Assembly (NCBI GenBank): GCA_043739185.1
Contig: JAYUEN010000398.1
Span: forward strand, 27,280 to 91,279
Direction: 5' to 3'
DNA: 64,000 bases
Source: Bdellovibrionales bacterium
Lineage (GTDB): Bacteria; Bdellovibrionota; Bdellovibrionia; Bdellovibrionales; JAMPXM01
Numbering within the stretch: position 1 is the first letter of the stretch; each line of letters begins with the position of its first letter. The notes under the pieces were generated by a model. It was not told the DNA's origin, searched no databases, and was given only the letters and a program-made list of their open reading frames with translations. Position numbers and translations under genes: made by a program. Of this stretch, positions 20,408 to 30,468 are shown piece after piece.

Positions 20408-21006
20408 TGAACGAGTTCGACCTTACCAATCACATCGTTTAGATGAACAACACCTAAAGTGCCGCTATCGCGATCTCCTGGCGGAAATGCTGAGAACACA
20501 ATTATTTCTCGATCGAGTAAAACTCCGTCCCGTGAGTTTTCAAGTAATTTAAGTGGTGGCGGGATTTTGGGATCATTGGTGCCAAAGGCATAGGGCTGAT
20601 CTTTGTGCATAACTAATTCTTCACCGATTTGAACATTCCAAGCCTTTTGATGTTTGTTAAATATGACCTTAAATTCGTCGTCCGGAATTCCATAAACTTT
20701 TCTAACGACTGGCTCTAGGCCTTGCGCAAATTTAAGATAAACAAGATCGCCGTTTTTGACCGGATTGCACCAATACCAATTCATAATTAAATTGAAGTCT
20801 TGGCCTTCTTCTAAAATTCCCCTCATATAAACATCGTTCATTTTTAGACTTTTAGTTTCACCCGGGCAAGGCCCTGAAAAATCGTAAGGGTGTTTCCCAG
20901 AGTGCGAAATAACCTTGGAGGTTTTGGGTCGATACAAAGTGAAATACCCAACTGTTGAGAGCAGACTTATGATTATCAAGGCGACAAGATATTTTTGCTT
21001 CTTCAA
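20404..21006 (-). CDS. S26 signal-peptidase-like membrane protein with degenerate catalytic motifs
   Basis: N-terminal TM; GDLVYL...VVRKVYGIPDD and DRDSGTLGVV...VIGKV resemble S26 boxes. Confidence 0.6.
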   Translation of the reverse strand: MKKQKYLVALIIISLLSTVGYFTLYRPKTSKVISHSGKHPYDFSGPCPGETKSLKMNDVYMRGILEEGQDFNLIMNWYWCNPVKNGDLVYLKFAQGLEPVVRKVYGIPDDEFKVIFNKHQKAWNVQIGEELVMHKDQPYAFGTNDPKIPPPLKLLENSRDGVLLDREIIVFSAFPPGDRDSGTLGVVHLNDVIGKVELVH

Positions 21007-21240
21007 GAATTTCTCCGGAGATTCAGATTATTTAGCTCAGCTTCATTTTCTGGTTAAATAGCTCTGAAATCAAGAGTGCTCGTTGGGCACCTGGTTATAG
21101 GTACTGGAACAGGGCTTTTTTGTGGTGCACGGCTTAGCCGAGGCTTCATTTTATTCATTTGATCATTGACTCAATTGGGGGCGCTAATCAGATCATATAT
21201 AACGAGAGAGTAATGATCGATTCGCTTTGGGGTATAAAAG

Positions 21241-21423
21241 ATGGATACAAAAGATAAAAAGAAAACGGGCTTATTTGAAGAGGATCGAAGGGCAAAGATG
21301 AGACTGGATGCGCCTGAGCGCCGGACCCAACTACGTGCAACGCCAAAATTGAAAATTTATGGTTTTTTGATCGCAGCCATATGTGCTGTCATAGCATGTG
21401 TGGTTGGCTATATGGCGAAATAA
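21241..21423 (+). CDS. Small membrane protein (60 aa, C-terminal TM)
   Basis: ATG start, charged N-terminus and one hydrophobic helix. Confidence 0.55.
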   Translation: MDTKDKKKTGLFEEDRRAKMRLDAPERRTQLRATPKLKIYGFLIAAICAVIACVVGYMAK

Positions 21424-21433
21424 ACTTCTCGGT

Positions 21434-22900
21434 CTATAAGGCCCCAGGTAAAGCTGAAAACTCAAAAATCATTTCATTTTTTTGTCCGACCCGAAACTTT
21501 TCAAGCTCAAAGGGATCGAGGCCGTCCATCTGAAGTTTCGGTATTTGAAAGCTCTGACTTTGCAAAGCCAAATTCTGTTTGATGGCATCATCCAATATCC
21601 AGGTAGCTAAATTCGTAAATGGATGAAAGCGGTCAAGATAGTCTTGGCCAAATGAAATTTGACTCTTCACGGATTTGATAGTCGGCGCTAAGGTCAGGAC
21701 GCCACTCGCAATTGCAATTGAAAGTTTGGCTTTAACTCTATTTTGGATGTCGAGATAATGCCATTGATTGCCCTCGCGGGGAGCTTCAATCCACGAAGAG
21801 GAGTCTAGATTTAGATTCCATTGTTGATTGGCTCCCAATGCGATTGTTGAAGTGGGGAGAAATTGGGAGTGCAAAGTGAAATTCGATGATTTAGGAAAGT
21901 TCATAAGATCAGGCCAAATGAAAAATTGAAAAAAGCGTGAGCGCATGAGCTGGGCAAAACCCGAAAAACTCTTCAAAGCTACTTGGTATTTTTGACCCAG
22001 CAAAGAAGTTCGAATCAACTCTTGAAATCCTAGGGGACCGAACGCCAAAGAAATATGGTCAGCCGAGAGCTCAGGCAAAGTCGTATTCTTGAGATCGTCA
22101 ATTGGCTGAACTTTGGGATCAGCCGTTGCGTCTGAAACTAGAATTTGAAAATCAACTCCGGTGCCCGATATTTTTTCAACTTGATTCAATTGGTATTCAA
22201 TATTTACATTTGAAAGTGCTAGAAAGTGTGGCGCCAAGGCACTATTTAAAAAAAGATTGAGATGTTCATTGAGAGCGTTCTGCAAAAGCCCCTGCACTTC
22301 ATCTTTGAATGCAGTCGCATCATTTAGTTTAGTCGCCAAATCTTTTTGAATCAAATCTGCAAAGCCGACTGGCCCTGAACATTGAATCTGCGAAATCATC
22401 CAAGAATTTGCGGGCCATTGAAAATTCAAATTTGAAATGATGCCATTGATCTTTTGATTTTGCAGCCGCCATTGAATCAGGGCCTGAATAGAGGCTCGTG
22501 TTTGAATGAGTTGAATCGGGCTGCAACTTGCACTCAGATTTACAATGACCTCTACGCCTCCATTTTTCACACTCACTTGTTTTTGAATTGCGATCGCAGG
22601 AATTTGAATTTGAATTGCCAAATCTCTTGTTGAGACAGGCATATTTTGATCCTGAAAAAAGATCGAATTCAAATTGTATTTCACCAAGACATCAATTGGT
22701 GGCAGCGTGATGGGACCGAAAGAGCTAGCCACCGCTAAATCATTTATAGGAAAAGTTTTTGTTGAGCTGAGATATTCGGGGTGCTCATCAAGTTGTTGTT
22801 CAATGACTGACCAAGGAATTCTGAGCATGCCTAAGACGGGCACCGCATGAACTGAAAATGAAATCAAAAATGCGCAGAACAAGACAAACATTTTTTTCAT
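21434..22900 (-). CDS. Secreted hypothetical protein, possibly BPI/LBP (TULIP)-like
   Basis: Signal peptide MKKMFVLFCAFLISFSVHA; long amphipathic strands with long helices. Confidence 0.6.
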   Translation of the reverse strand: MKKMFVLFCAFLISFSVHAVPVLGMLRIPWSVIEQQLDEHPEYLSSTKTFPINDLAVASSFGPITLPPIDVLVKYNLNSIFFQDQNMPVSTRDLAIQIQIPAIAIQKQVSVKNGGVEVIVNLSASCSPIQLIQTRASIQALIQWRLQNQKINGIISNLNFQWPANSWMISQIQCSGPVGFADLIQKDLATKLNDATAFKDEVQGLLQNALNEHLNLFLNSALAPHFLALSNVNIEYQLNQVEKISGTGVDFQILVSDATADPKVQPIDDLKNTTLPELSADHISLAFGPLGFQELIRTSLLGQKYQVALKSFSGFAQLMRSRFFQFFIWPDLMNFPKSSNFTLHSQFLPTSTIALGANQQWNLNLDSSSWIEAPREGNQWHYLDIQNRVKAKLSIAIASGVLTLAPTIKSVKSQISFGQDYLDRFHPFTNLATWILDDAIKQNLALQSQSFQIPKLQMDGLDPFELEKFRVGQKNEMIFEFSALPGAL

Positions 22901-22910
22901 AGTACCCATC

Positions 22911-22918
22911 TTATCGGC
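22911..22918 (-). promoter_or_regulatory. Putative sigma28 (FliA) -10 box
   Basis: GCCGATAA on the minus strand, 10 bp upstream of the 22900 start. Confidence 0.5.
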
Positions 22919-23057
22919 GCAAAGGCCTTCGTGGTAAAGCTTTGGAGCATTCACTGAAGAGATATAAATATAATAATAAATTTTGAAGTAAGTGTAAAAC
23001 TTATTGCAAAAATTGATGCAGTACTATGATCCGGAATTTGTCCAGGTCATAGGGCCC

Positions 23058-24017
23058 TTAGTCGCTCGCGCCGTTACGCCGTGTTCTCTTGGCTGGGTCC
23101 GCTTCGTTATTGCCAAAGCTAATACAAACCAAATTGCCACTATAGCCCAAAGGCCCACTGCGATTGACTGTCGAAGCTGCAATTTCAAAAATATTTACCG
23201 GAAGTTCTTTTCCTTCTCTGCTGACATAAACATAAACGCCACTGCGGTTTTTAAAAACTTTTCGCGAGATGACTTCATTCCCAGACTTGAGATCAATAGT
23301 CCAGGAGCCGTCCGAATTTTTAAACATATTCATTGGGAAATTTTTTTGCGGAGGTCCTTCTTCAAAATCAAATTGTATTGCTTTTGGTTTGGGATCACCA
23401 TTGGGTCGGTCCTTGCAGCTATTTGCCAATGCGAGAGCATGATCCTGATTGTAATCCGCCAATTTTTTAATCTCATCTAGATCAATTTTTACTTTAAAGC
23501 GGGCATCGGCCAGTTGCTGATCAGCATCTCGTTTTATCTTTCCCGCAAGGCTTTCAATATAACTGCATTGATTGGTGCTTTGATTGTATAGAATCGCTAG
23601 TTTTTTTAATGCCTCAGTGTCTTGAACATCATCCGAAAAAAAGTTAGTTTCAAATTTTCCTTCGGCCCTTGCTTTGGGATCCTCAAAAAACTCTAGGGCT
23701 TCTGCGTAAGTTGAATTGATTGCCTTGAGTGCATTGAGCACGTCTGGATTGTCTTTGTTTTTTTTAAATACTTGAGCGATCGCGGATGAATTGACTCCTG
23801 GAGAGTAAGTGGTCCCGCCCATCACGCTGTTCTTACAAGTGAAAAGGGCCGGGCCCTTAGTATTGCTATCAATTCGCACTGTGATTGAGCCAATAATACA
23901 GGGCTTTGAATTGCTTTGATTGCTTGGATCGATCTCAAGACACGTGTCATTTGTCACTGCCTGAGCGACGAAACTTAAGAATACATTTGCCGCAATAATT
24001 GAAAAGTTTAGCTTCAT
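23058..24017 (-). CDS. Secreted Cys-containing hypothetical protein
   Basis: 319-aa ORF with signal peptide and GAGGA RBS. Confidence 0.75.
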   Translation of the reverse strand: MKLNFSIIAANVFLSFVAQAVTNDTCLEIDPSNQSNSKPCIIGSITVRIDSNTKGPALFTCKNSVMGGTTYSPGVNSSAIAQVFKKNKDNPDVLNALKAINSTYAEALEFFEDPKARAEGKFETNFFSDDVQDTEALKKLAILYNQSTNQCSYIESLAGKIKRDADQQLADARFKVKIDLDEIKKLADYNQDHALALANSCKDRPNGDPKPKAIQFDFEEGPPQKNFPMNMFKNSDGSWTIDLKSGNEVISRKVFKNRSGVYVYVSREGKELPVNIFEIAASTVNRSGPLGYSGNLVCISFGNNEADPAKRTRRNGASD

Positions 24018-24256
24018 TTAAAGTCATTCCTCAATAAGGGACCCGAAAACTGCCGCCATATTTTGATTAATTTTAACCTAGGCTGCAAATAAATGAAAGC
24101 TATGTGAGCTAGATTGAGGTTTAGTTTTTTACCTAAATGGGGTGCCTGATATTGGTTTCGCTGCACTAGACACAAGTCGGTTTGAATTGTGTCTCGGCTA
24201 GTGCCGAGACCTTGAAAAATTGAAGCGGAATATACTGAAATTATTCAATATTGAAA

Positions 24257-25327
24257 TTATCTATATCCTTGAACGACGGCGGTCGCTGAAGTATTAAATC
24301 TACGCTCTCTAAAGTTATTCATTTCGCCAACAGACGTATCACGGTAGACACAAACTGCATAACCTGCGGCTAAACACTTTTCAAGTGCGTTCTCAAGCGC
24401 GCGGTTCTGAACGCCCATGACTTCGAGATCGTCCATTCTTTCGGCTTCATAGCGATTGGCGCCGCCAGAGAAAATTTCTCCGGCTTTTAGGTTGAGACCT
24501 TCGATTGATGTTACTGTCGCCGTCATTTTGGTGTGCCACTTGCCATTGATAGTGTCGCCAATTTCTCGGTCAACCATTCCTAAAGCAACGTCTTGATGAC
24601 CTTGTGACATTGCATAAAAAACAGCTGTCTTAATTGCGTCAAATTCAATTCCTTGAACCTGAGTTTGAGTGAAAGGAACAGGGGAAGAACGGCTCCAGCT
24701 GCCAGAGCTACCAATGAAATTTCTGCTCGGGGAGTATCCGGTCACAATTGCTTTCGCAGCAGTGTGATAAGAGGCACCTGAATATTTGTTAATTATTCCG
24801 GTATCATTTTCTCGAGTCAAGGTGGTGCCTTGATATACGCAAAACATATATCCCGCAGACATACATTTTTTAATAGCTTCTGTAAGAGCATCATAGTGAA
24901 CGCCCATAATTTCTAATGACGATAGTCTTCGTCCTTCACGTTCTGTGGCCTGACCTTCAAAAATTGCGCCGGCGGCGAGATTTCGGTCATCTATTGAAAC
25001 TAGGCGTGAGGTCATTTCAACATAACGTTTTGGTCCGAGTTTAGGATCTCGGGTTTCATATATATTTGAATCGAGTCTAGATGTTCCAAAAACCAATTTT
25101 GAATGGCCTTTTTCTTTCGCAGCGACCACTGCATTTTGAAATGCATTGAATTCAACCCCTCTCATCTCAAGTGCACTAAATTCTGCGGCAGCAGGACTTA
25201 GCCAAGTCACCTGCTTCGCAAAAGTCGTATATGGGGTAGGCGGCTGAAATAATACTTCGCACTGATTGTCTGCAAGGGCGTGTGAGCCAGCCACGGTTAA
25301 GAGCGCCGTTAAAAAAAAGTTTTTCAT
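24257..25327 (-). CDS. Secreted protein with an internal tandem duplication
   Basis: Signal peptide; two ~155-aa repeats, each ending KCxxAGYxxCVY...AxVxGY. Confidence 0.8.
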   Translation of the reverse strand: MKNFFLTALLTVAGSHALADNQCEVLFQPPTPYTTFAKQVTWLSPAAAEFSALEMRGVEFNAFQNAVVAAKEKGHSKLVFGTSRLDSNIYETRDPKLGPKRYVEMTSRLVSIDDRNLAAGAIFEGQATEREGRRLSSLEIMGVHYDALTEAIKKCMSAGYMFCVYQGTTLTRENDTGIINKYSGASYHTAAKAIVTGYSPSRNFIGSSGSWSRSSPVPFTQTQVQGIEFDAIKTAVFYAMSQGHQDVALGMVDREIGDTINGKWHTKMTATVTSIEGLNLKAGEIFSGGANRYEAERMDDLEVMGVQNRALENALEKCLAAGYAVCVYRDTSVGEMNNFRERRFNTSATAVVQGYR

Positions 25328-25377
25328 AAGAAAGTCTCCAGATATACTTTGGTTTTTAAATTTTCAAATTTAATATT

Positions 25378-25393
25378 TGCAAGCCGTAAGCCA
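25378..25393 (-). promoter_or_regulatory. Putative sigma54 promoter
   Basis: TGGCTT-ACGGC-TTGCA (GG-N10-GC) 50 bp upstream of the 25327 start. Confidence 0.55.
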
Positions 25394-25484
25394 TCGATAT
25401 TTAAGCTTCAGATCAACCAAAGATCGCTTTTTGAGTAGATAAAGTGTTCAAGCTTTGGCCAGTGACTTTTAATGTGAGAATTTC

Positions 25485-25760
25485 TAGGCTCTATTTCAGA
25501 GCTAGGTTCTTTCTTCCTTTGGTTGGTAAAATGTGAATTACTTCAGGGTTCGGTAACAGGCAATCGGTCATAATCAACAGATCCAGCGTCAGAGGCAGGA
25601 TAGGGCACGGACCCACTAAGTACCGAGACTGAAACTGCCAAACAGCTAACTGCTACGGCTGCCATTTAAACTGATTTAAAATCAAGAGTTGAAACCAGAC
25701 CGCCAAAAGTAAGACATAGCCGAATTAAGATTAGCTGAAATGACAACTGACTGCCAAATT
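25485..25760 (+). repeat. Degenerate dispersed repeat, copy B
   Basis: Shares taggttctttcttc and aaactgatttaaaatc with 33663-33920, and caagagttgaa with 44431-44560. Confidence 0.75.
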
Positions 25761-25838
25761 TAGTCACCATTGCTTTGTTCGTTTTTAGCTAATCTTAGAC
25801 GGGAGAAAAGGGGTATAGCGCTTGCAATTATGAGATTT

Positions 25839-27533
25839 ATGAAGTCAGGCATAATATTCTTAATCGCCATCCTTTTATATTCGATTTCTGGGAGAGCTGA
25901 AAATCTCTGCCATGATTTATTTCTACTGGACTATCCCATATTAAAATTAATCGAAAGGCTAGATGGCGCTCCGGTTATAATTGAACGTGGGCATATAGTG
26001 GTTGGCCAAGATCGTTCGCAATTTAAACTAAATGTGCATGGGGAATATGCGAATGAACTTAAGCTAGGAAGAAACGAACAAGACTTGTTTCCGGATCGTG
26101 CCTATAATCGAAATTTTAAAATTTCTCCTGATGGAAAGCGCATAGCCTATATACTTTCGACTGATACCATCGTGATAGTAGATGCCGACGGAACTGCCGG
26201 ACAAAAACAAATAGGCTCTCACGATTTGCATCAAGCAGATTATTTGACTTCTTCAAGAATGGGTTTCGCGGGGCATGCTGAAACGCAAGCGCCGCTTTTT
26301 ATCAATGACTTTTCATGGTCAAGCGATGGCCATTTTCTGACTGTGGGAACAAACAGTAAGTTTTATAGTTATGTTTATCCTGACGTGCACCTTGATGACC
26401 TCCCAAGGTGTCCCGAAACCAAAGTCATAAATACCTCTCAATTACTATATTTTCAAAATATAGCGGCTCCAAATCGAAGTGGCAAAGTGATTGATTTTGT
26501 GATTTCAATTTGGTCCGATCAACATTTTGAAATTAGTAAGAGTAAACCTGATATCTTTGGATTAAAGATGGCCAAGAAACTGACTGAAGAAATTCCGCTC
26601 GGTAGCCGTTTGGTAGAAAATCCATCTAAGGCGCAGCTAAGGGCTTTGGCAAAAATGCTTTTTGCTGGTCATTTCGCTACTTCGTTATCGGTGGTTGGTG
26701 AAACGGATTTGGTTCAAGGTGCATCCGAAACTTCATCTGTAATTCCCCTTAATTATGATTCAATTGCAAGGATTGCAAATCATGAATCTTTGCCGCCTTC
26801 AGTTTCAATTGATGGTCAGCCAATTGATAAGCAGATTGTGCATGGTCGCATTTCATTTCGTTCAGGAGCTGAGCGAGCGGCCTTAAAAATGAAGGGTCAT
26901 TATCAATATGAAATGGGACAATTTGCCGAAAATTTAAAATTCAAAGATGCCACTCATGATGTTGTGGTTTCTCCTGATAATACAAAGATTGCTTATGTGG
27001 TCTCAGCAAATTCGATTGTGGTCTATGATGCTGTCACTGAAGTGGCGCAGAAAGTTTCAATTGGAACTGCCGACAAGAGAGATATGTTTCATCTCGGTGA
27101 ATCTGAAACAGCAAATCATCTTGTTGATATAGAGTGGTCACAGCATGGTGACTTTCTAATTGCGAAAACCAGCGATAACTTTTTAGAGTATGTGCAAATA
27201 AAACCCCAATTAGACGGTAATAAGTTTGATATCTCCACCCGTCATATTGCAATAGGAAAAAGTGTTAAATTACTGGCATCAAAACTTATAAGTGCAACCG
27301 CAATGGATCACAAAACAACAGATTATATTTTAACGCTTTGGTCGGATGATATCTTTAGAATTTACTCACCGGCACAAACGAGTGGCGGGATCGCGCAAAG
27401 GTTTGAAACACCCCTTCACGGTGCCGCACTCGAAACGGCCCACGAAGAACTTTCAAATCTACTTTCTGAACTGTATGAAACCTATTTTGCCTTTGCCGCG
27501 CGTTTTCTCAATCCGACACAGCAGAATCACTAA
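25839..27533 (+). CDS. Secreted protein with a duplicated TolB/WD40-like beta-propeller segment
   Basis: Signal peptide; ISPDGKRIAY...WSSDGHFL repeated as VSPDNTKIAY...WSQHGDFL. Confidence 0.75.
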   Translation: MKSGIIFLIAILLYSISGRAENLCHDLFLLDYPILKLIERLDGAPVIIERGHIVVGQDRSQFKLNVHGEYANELKLGRNEQDLFPDRAYNRNFKISPDGKRIAYILSTDTIVIVDADGTAGQKQIGSHDLHQADYLTSSRMGFAGHAETQAPLFINDFSWSSDGHFLTVGTNSKFYSYVYPDVHLDDLPRCPETKVINTSQLLYFQNIAAPNRSGKVIDFVISIWSDQHFEISKSKPDIFGLKMAKKLTEEIPLGSRLVENPSKAQLRALAKMLFAGHFATSLSVVGETDLVQGASETSSVIPLNYDSIARIANHESLPPSVSIDGQPIDKQIVHGRISFRSGAERAALKMKGHYQYEMGQFAENLKFKDATHDVVVSPDNTKIAYVVSANSIVVYDAVTEVAQKVSIGTADKRDMFHLGESETANHLVDIEWSQHGDFLIAKTSDNFLEYVQIKPQLDGNKFDISTRHIAIGKSVKLLASKLISATAMDHKTTDYILTLWSDDIFRIYSPAQTSGGIAQRFETPLHGAALETAHEELSNLLSELYETYFAFAARFLNPTQQNH

Positions 27534-27709
27534 GTTAATCGTTCTCGGGCGGTCCATTTTGATGGCCCAATGACGCTTTTATAGCCCAAAACCCCAATAG
27601 AGCTTCTATTGAAAATGACATCAAATAAACTTTCCAATTTGTAATATGAAATGCTATTTATTCTTCTTTGTCGTGAAATTTTGTTTTGCGGTAAAGACAG
27701 GAGAAACGC

Positions 27710-28468
27710 ATGCCATTGAGAGGTCAGGATTTCAAAGCTTTAGTTTTGAGTTTTATTTTTGCATTGTGCTTTTGCCAGCCATTAAACGCCCATCAAAGCC
27801 CAAGCGAAATGCTGCAAATTTCAGATCGCTCGCGAGGCGGGCTATCACAAGGAGTGGTTTGGAAGCTCAATCTCATTTCAAAAGATGCAGGCACTGAGAA
27901 TCAATTTGAATATGAAGTGAAAGTTAAAAATAGCCAGGCAATTGCTAAGTGCCTAGCGCCAGCAAGGTCAAAGAATGAGGTTTATCTGTTCTTGGATCGG
28001 AATCTATGGATGTATCGACCAGGTTTGAGAAAGGCATTGTCGCTATCGACTCGGCAAAAGCTCTCTGGCCAAGCTGCAAATGGAGATATTGCCAATACCA
28101 ATTATGCTCGAGACTATTCTGCGACTTTGCTGGGTGAAGAAGTGATTGATAAAAAGCGGACATTTAAACTGAAGCTAAAAGCAAAGTCGGATGATTTGAC
28201 CTACGATCAAATTATTTATTGGATTAGCCAAGATAAACTATTGGCCGTTAAGGCTGATTTCTTAAGTGTGGATGGTCAAGTTTTTAAAAGCGCAGTTTTT
28301 AATTATGAAAATAGTATTCAAGTTGAAGGTAAAAGTCTTCCGTTTGTGAGTCGAATGTTAATCACGGATGCAAAGAATCCTAAGCTTGTTTCTGAGCTCA
28401 ACTACTCGCAAATTAAAATCGAAAATTTGAGCGATTCTGAATTCAATGTGAATAATCTTTCGAAATGA
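27710..28468 (+). CDS. Outer-membrane lipoprotein-sorting protein (LolA-like)
   Basis: Signal peptide; LWMYRPG, RQKLSGQAANGDIA and LTYDQIIYWI motifs. Confidence 0.82.
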   Translation: MPLRGQDFKALVLSFIFALCFCQPLNAHQSPSEMLQISDRSRGGLSQGVVWKLNLISKDAGTENQFEYEVKVKNSQAIAKCLAPARSKNEVYLFLDRNLWMYRPGLRKALSLSTRQKLSGQAANGDIANTNYARDYSATLLGEEVIDKKRTFKLKLKAKSDDLTYDQIIYWISQDKLLAVKADFLSVDGQVFKSAVFNYENSIQVEGKSLPFVSRMLITDAKNPKLVSELNYSQIKIENLSDSEFNVNNLSK

Positions 28469-29766
28469 AGATTTTTTTCGCGATTTTGCTTTTGCTTGCT
28501 CCAAAATTTGCAAGCGGGTTTTTAAAGGCAAAAGGTGATGCGCCATTTTTAAAGTTTGAGACGAGCCTCGATATTATTGGCGGTATTGCCGCTCAAAATA
28601 ATCAAGTGAGCCTGACCAATCCCGATAATCAAATCTTAAATTTACCAACTCAGAGCCTTGACTCTGAATTTAAGCCGATTTTCAAATTCGAACAAAGTCA
28701 ACGTGGTCTGACGCTTTCATTAAAGCCTTATCTTCGGCTTTATGACTCGCAATTCGAATTCAAATCACAAACTCAAAATCGCAAACTTTCAGACTATGGC
28801 TTTTATGAAGCTTATTTAAGATGGGAGCTCTTGAAAGTCATCGATCTAAGTTTTGGTAAAATAAATTCTCAGTGGGGGCCATCTGAACTATTGAGTCCAA
28901 GTCAATTTATGTTTCAGGGGCTTTTGCTTCGACCAGAGCCATTTCAAAGTGTCGCTGGTCAAGAAATGATTCAACTTCAATTTACGCCAAAACAAAATTT
29001 GAGTTTTTGCGTGCAAACTGAACTCAATCCCTCAGGATTGCAGCATACGGATCAAATCAACGCGGCACCTGCAACGTCGCAAGGACGAATTTTATCTAAA
29101 GTAGATTACTCGAGTCGCTCAGGCGACTTTGATTTAGGAGTTGTCATTGGAGAGCAAGGGCAAGTACAGAAGCGAATTATTGTCGGTAGCTTTGCATTTT
29201 TTAATTACAACCCAGATGCTCAAATTTACTATGATGTAAGACACCAAAGAGGTAGTGAAAAGCTTCATATTGCTTCGATTCAAACTCTAGATCAGCCTTT
29301 TTTGACAAGCGACGAGCCCTTCACTTTGGGAGTGCTCGGTCATCGTTATAGTTTTTCAAACGGAATAGAATGGCATATCGAGTATATAGGAAGTGATTTT
29401 GGTCAAAGTATTAGTCAGCGTGAATTTGCATTTAAAACCATAAAATCAAATCCCAATACGCTACAACTTTATCAAATATTTAATGATCCGGTGAGTGCGC
29501 TCCCTGGACAAAACTATATTTACAATTCGCTCAGATGGGACAGTCCGAGCTTCTTAAGTTCACTGTTTTCTGCTTCACATATTTATTTGCGAAGCCTTCA
29601 TTCAATCGGAGATGCTTCAGCCTTTATCAACTTTGCTCTTGAAACGAGTTTATCAGATCATTGGGCACAAAGTCTTGCCATGATTAAAACCATCGGCGAC
29701 AATGAAGCCGAGCTCAATCAAAGTGTCGATTTTTATCTGAGTTACTATCTCAAACGTTCATTTTAA
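28465..29766 (+). CDS. Probable outer-membrane beta-barrel protein
   Basis: Signal peptide, EAYLRW...GK..WG motif, amphipathic strands, C-terminal YYLKRSF. Confidence 0.7.
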   Translation: MKIFFAILLLLAPKFASGFLKAKGDAPFLKFETSLDIIGGIAAQNNQVSLTNPDNQILNLPTQSLDSEFKPIFKFEQSQRGLTLSLKPYLRLYDSQFEFKSQTQNRKLSDYGFYEAYLRWELLKVIDLSFGKINSQWGPSELLSPSQFMFQGLLLRPEPFQSVAGQEMIQLQFTPKQNLSFCVQTELNPSGLQHTDQINAAPATSQGRILSKVDYSSRSGDFDLGVVIGEQGQVQKRIIVGSFAFFNYNPDAQIYYDVRHQRGSEKLHIASIQTLDQPFLTSDEPFTLGVLGHRYSFSNGIEWHIEYIGSDFGQSISQREFAFKTIKSNPNTLQLYQIFNDPVSALPGQNYIYNSLRWDSPSFLSSLFSASHIYLRSLHSIGDASAFINFALETSLSDHWAQSLAMIKTIGDNEAELNQSVDFYLSYYLKRSF

Positions 29767-29781
29767 AGTTGGAGTTAAGAA

Positions 29782-30459
29782 TTGTCTGAAATCCTGAAAA
29801 TAGAAAATGTCGAGAAGTCCTATCTGATGGGTGAAACGAAAGTGAAGGCCCTGCAGGGAGTTTGTCTGACTCTGAAACAGGGCGATTTTCATGTCATTCT
29901 AGGAAGTTCAGGCTCGGGTAAGAGTACTCTTTTGCATCTGATTGCAACACTTGATATTCCCGATTCTGGTCGCATCGAATTTATGGGTAGAGACTTAGCT
30001 GCCATGAACGAAAATCAGAAGAGCGATTTGAGAAATCGCGATTTGAGTATGATTTTTCAAAACTTCAATCTTATTGCGGCTCTCAATGTTGAACAAAATA
30101 TTGAGCTTCCTCTTATTTTGCGTAGTGAGCTTTCGGATAGTGAAAAAAAACAGCGAGTATCTCAGGCTATTCTAGATGTCGGCCTAAAGGATTTTAGCCT
30201 GCATAAGCCTGATCAGTTATCAGGAGGTCAGCGTCAGCGGGTGGCCATTGCACGGGCACTGGTGCCTCATCCAAAATTGATTTTGGCCGATGAGCCCACC
30301 GCCAATTTAGATTCAAAAACTGCGCATCAAATCATCGATTTATTGTTGGCACTCAATCAAGACAAGAAAATAACATTCTTATTCGCAAGTCATGATGAAA
30401 AGCTCATTTCACGCGTTAAAAATTTATCTAGTATCGTTGATGGTGTTATTGCCCAGTAA
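29782..30459 (+). CDS. ABC transporter ATP-binding protein (LolD/MacB-like)
   Basis: GSSGSGKST, LSGGQRQRVAIARAL and ILADEPTANLD motifs. Confidence 0.95.
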   Translation: MSEILKIENVEKSYLMGETKVKALQGVCLTLKQGDFHVILGSSGSGKSTLLHLIATLDIPDSGRIEFMGRDLAAMNENQKSDLRNRDLSMIFQNFNLIAALNVEQNIELPLILRSELSDSEKKQRVSQAILDVGLKDFSLHKPDQLSGGQRQRVAIARALVPHPKLILADEPTANLDSKTAHQIIDLLLALNQDKKITFLFASHDEKLISRVKNLSSIVDGVIAQ

Positions 30460-30468
30460 AGAGTTTCT

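Noticed and set aside
20408..21240. tRNA-Pro often found after ihfA-merR
   Set aside because: No cloverleaf or T-loop/CCA seen; the S26-like gene follows directly.
23004..23480. 158-aa plus-strand ORF
   Set aside because: Antisense to 23058-24017, which has a signal peptide and RBS.
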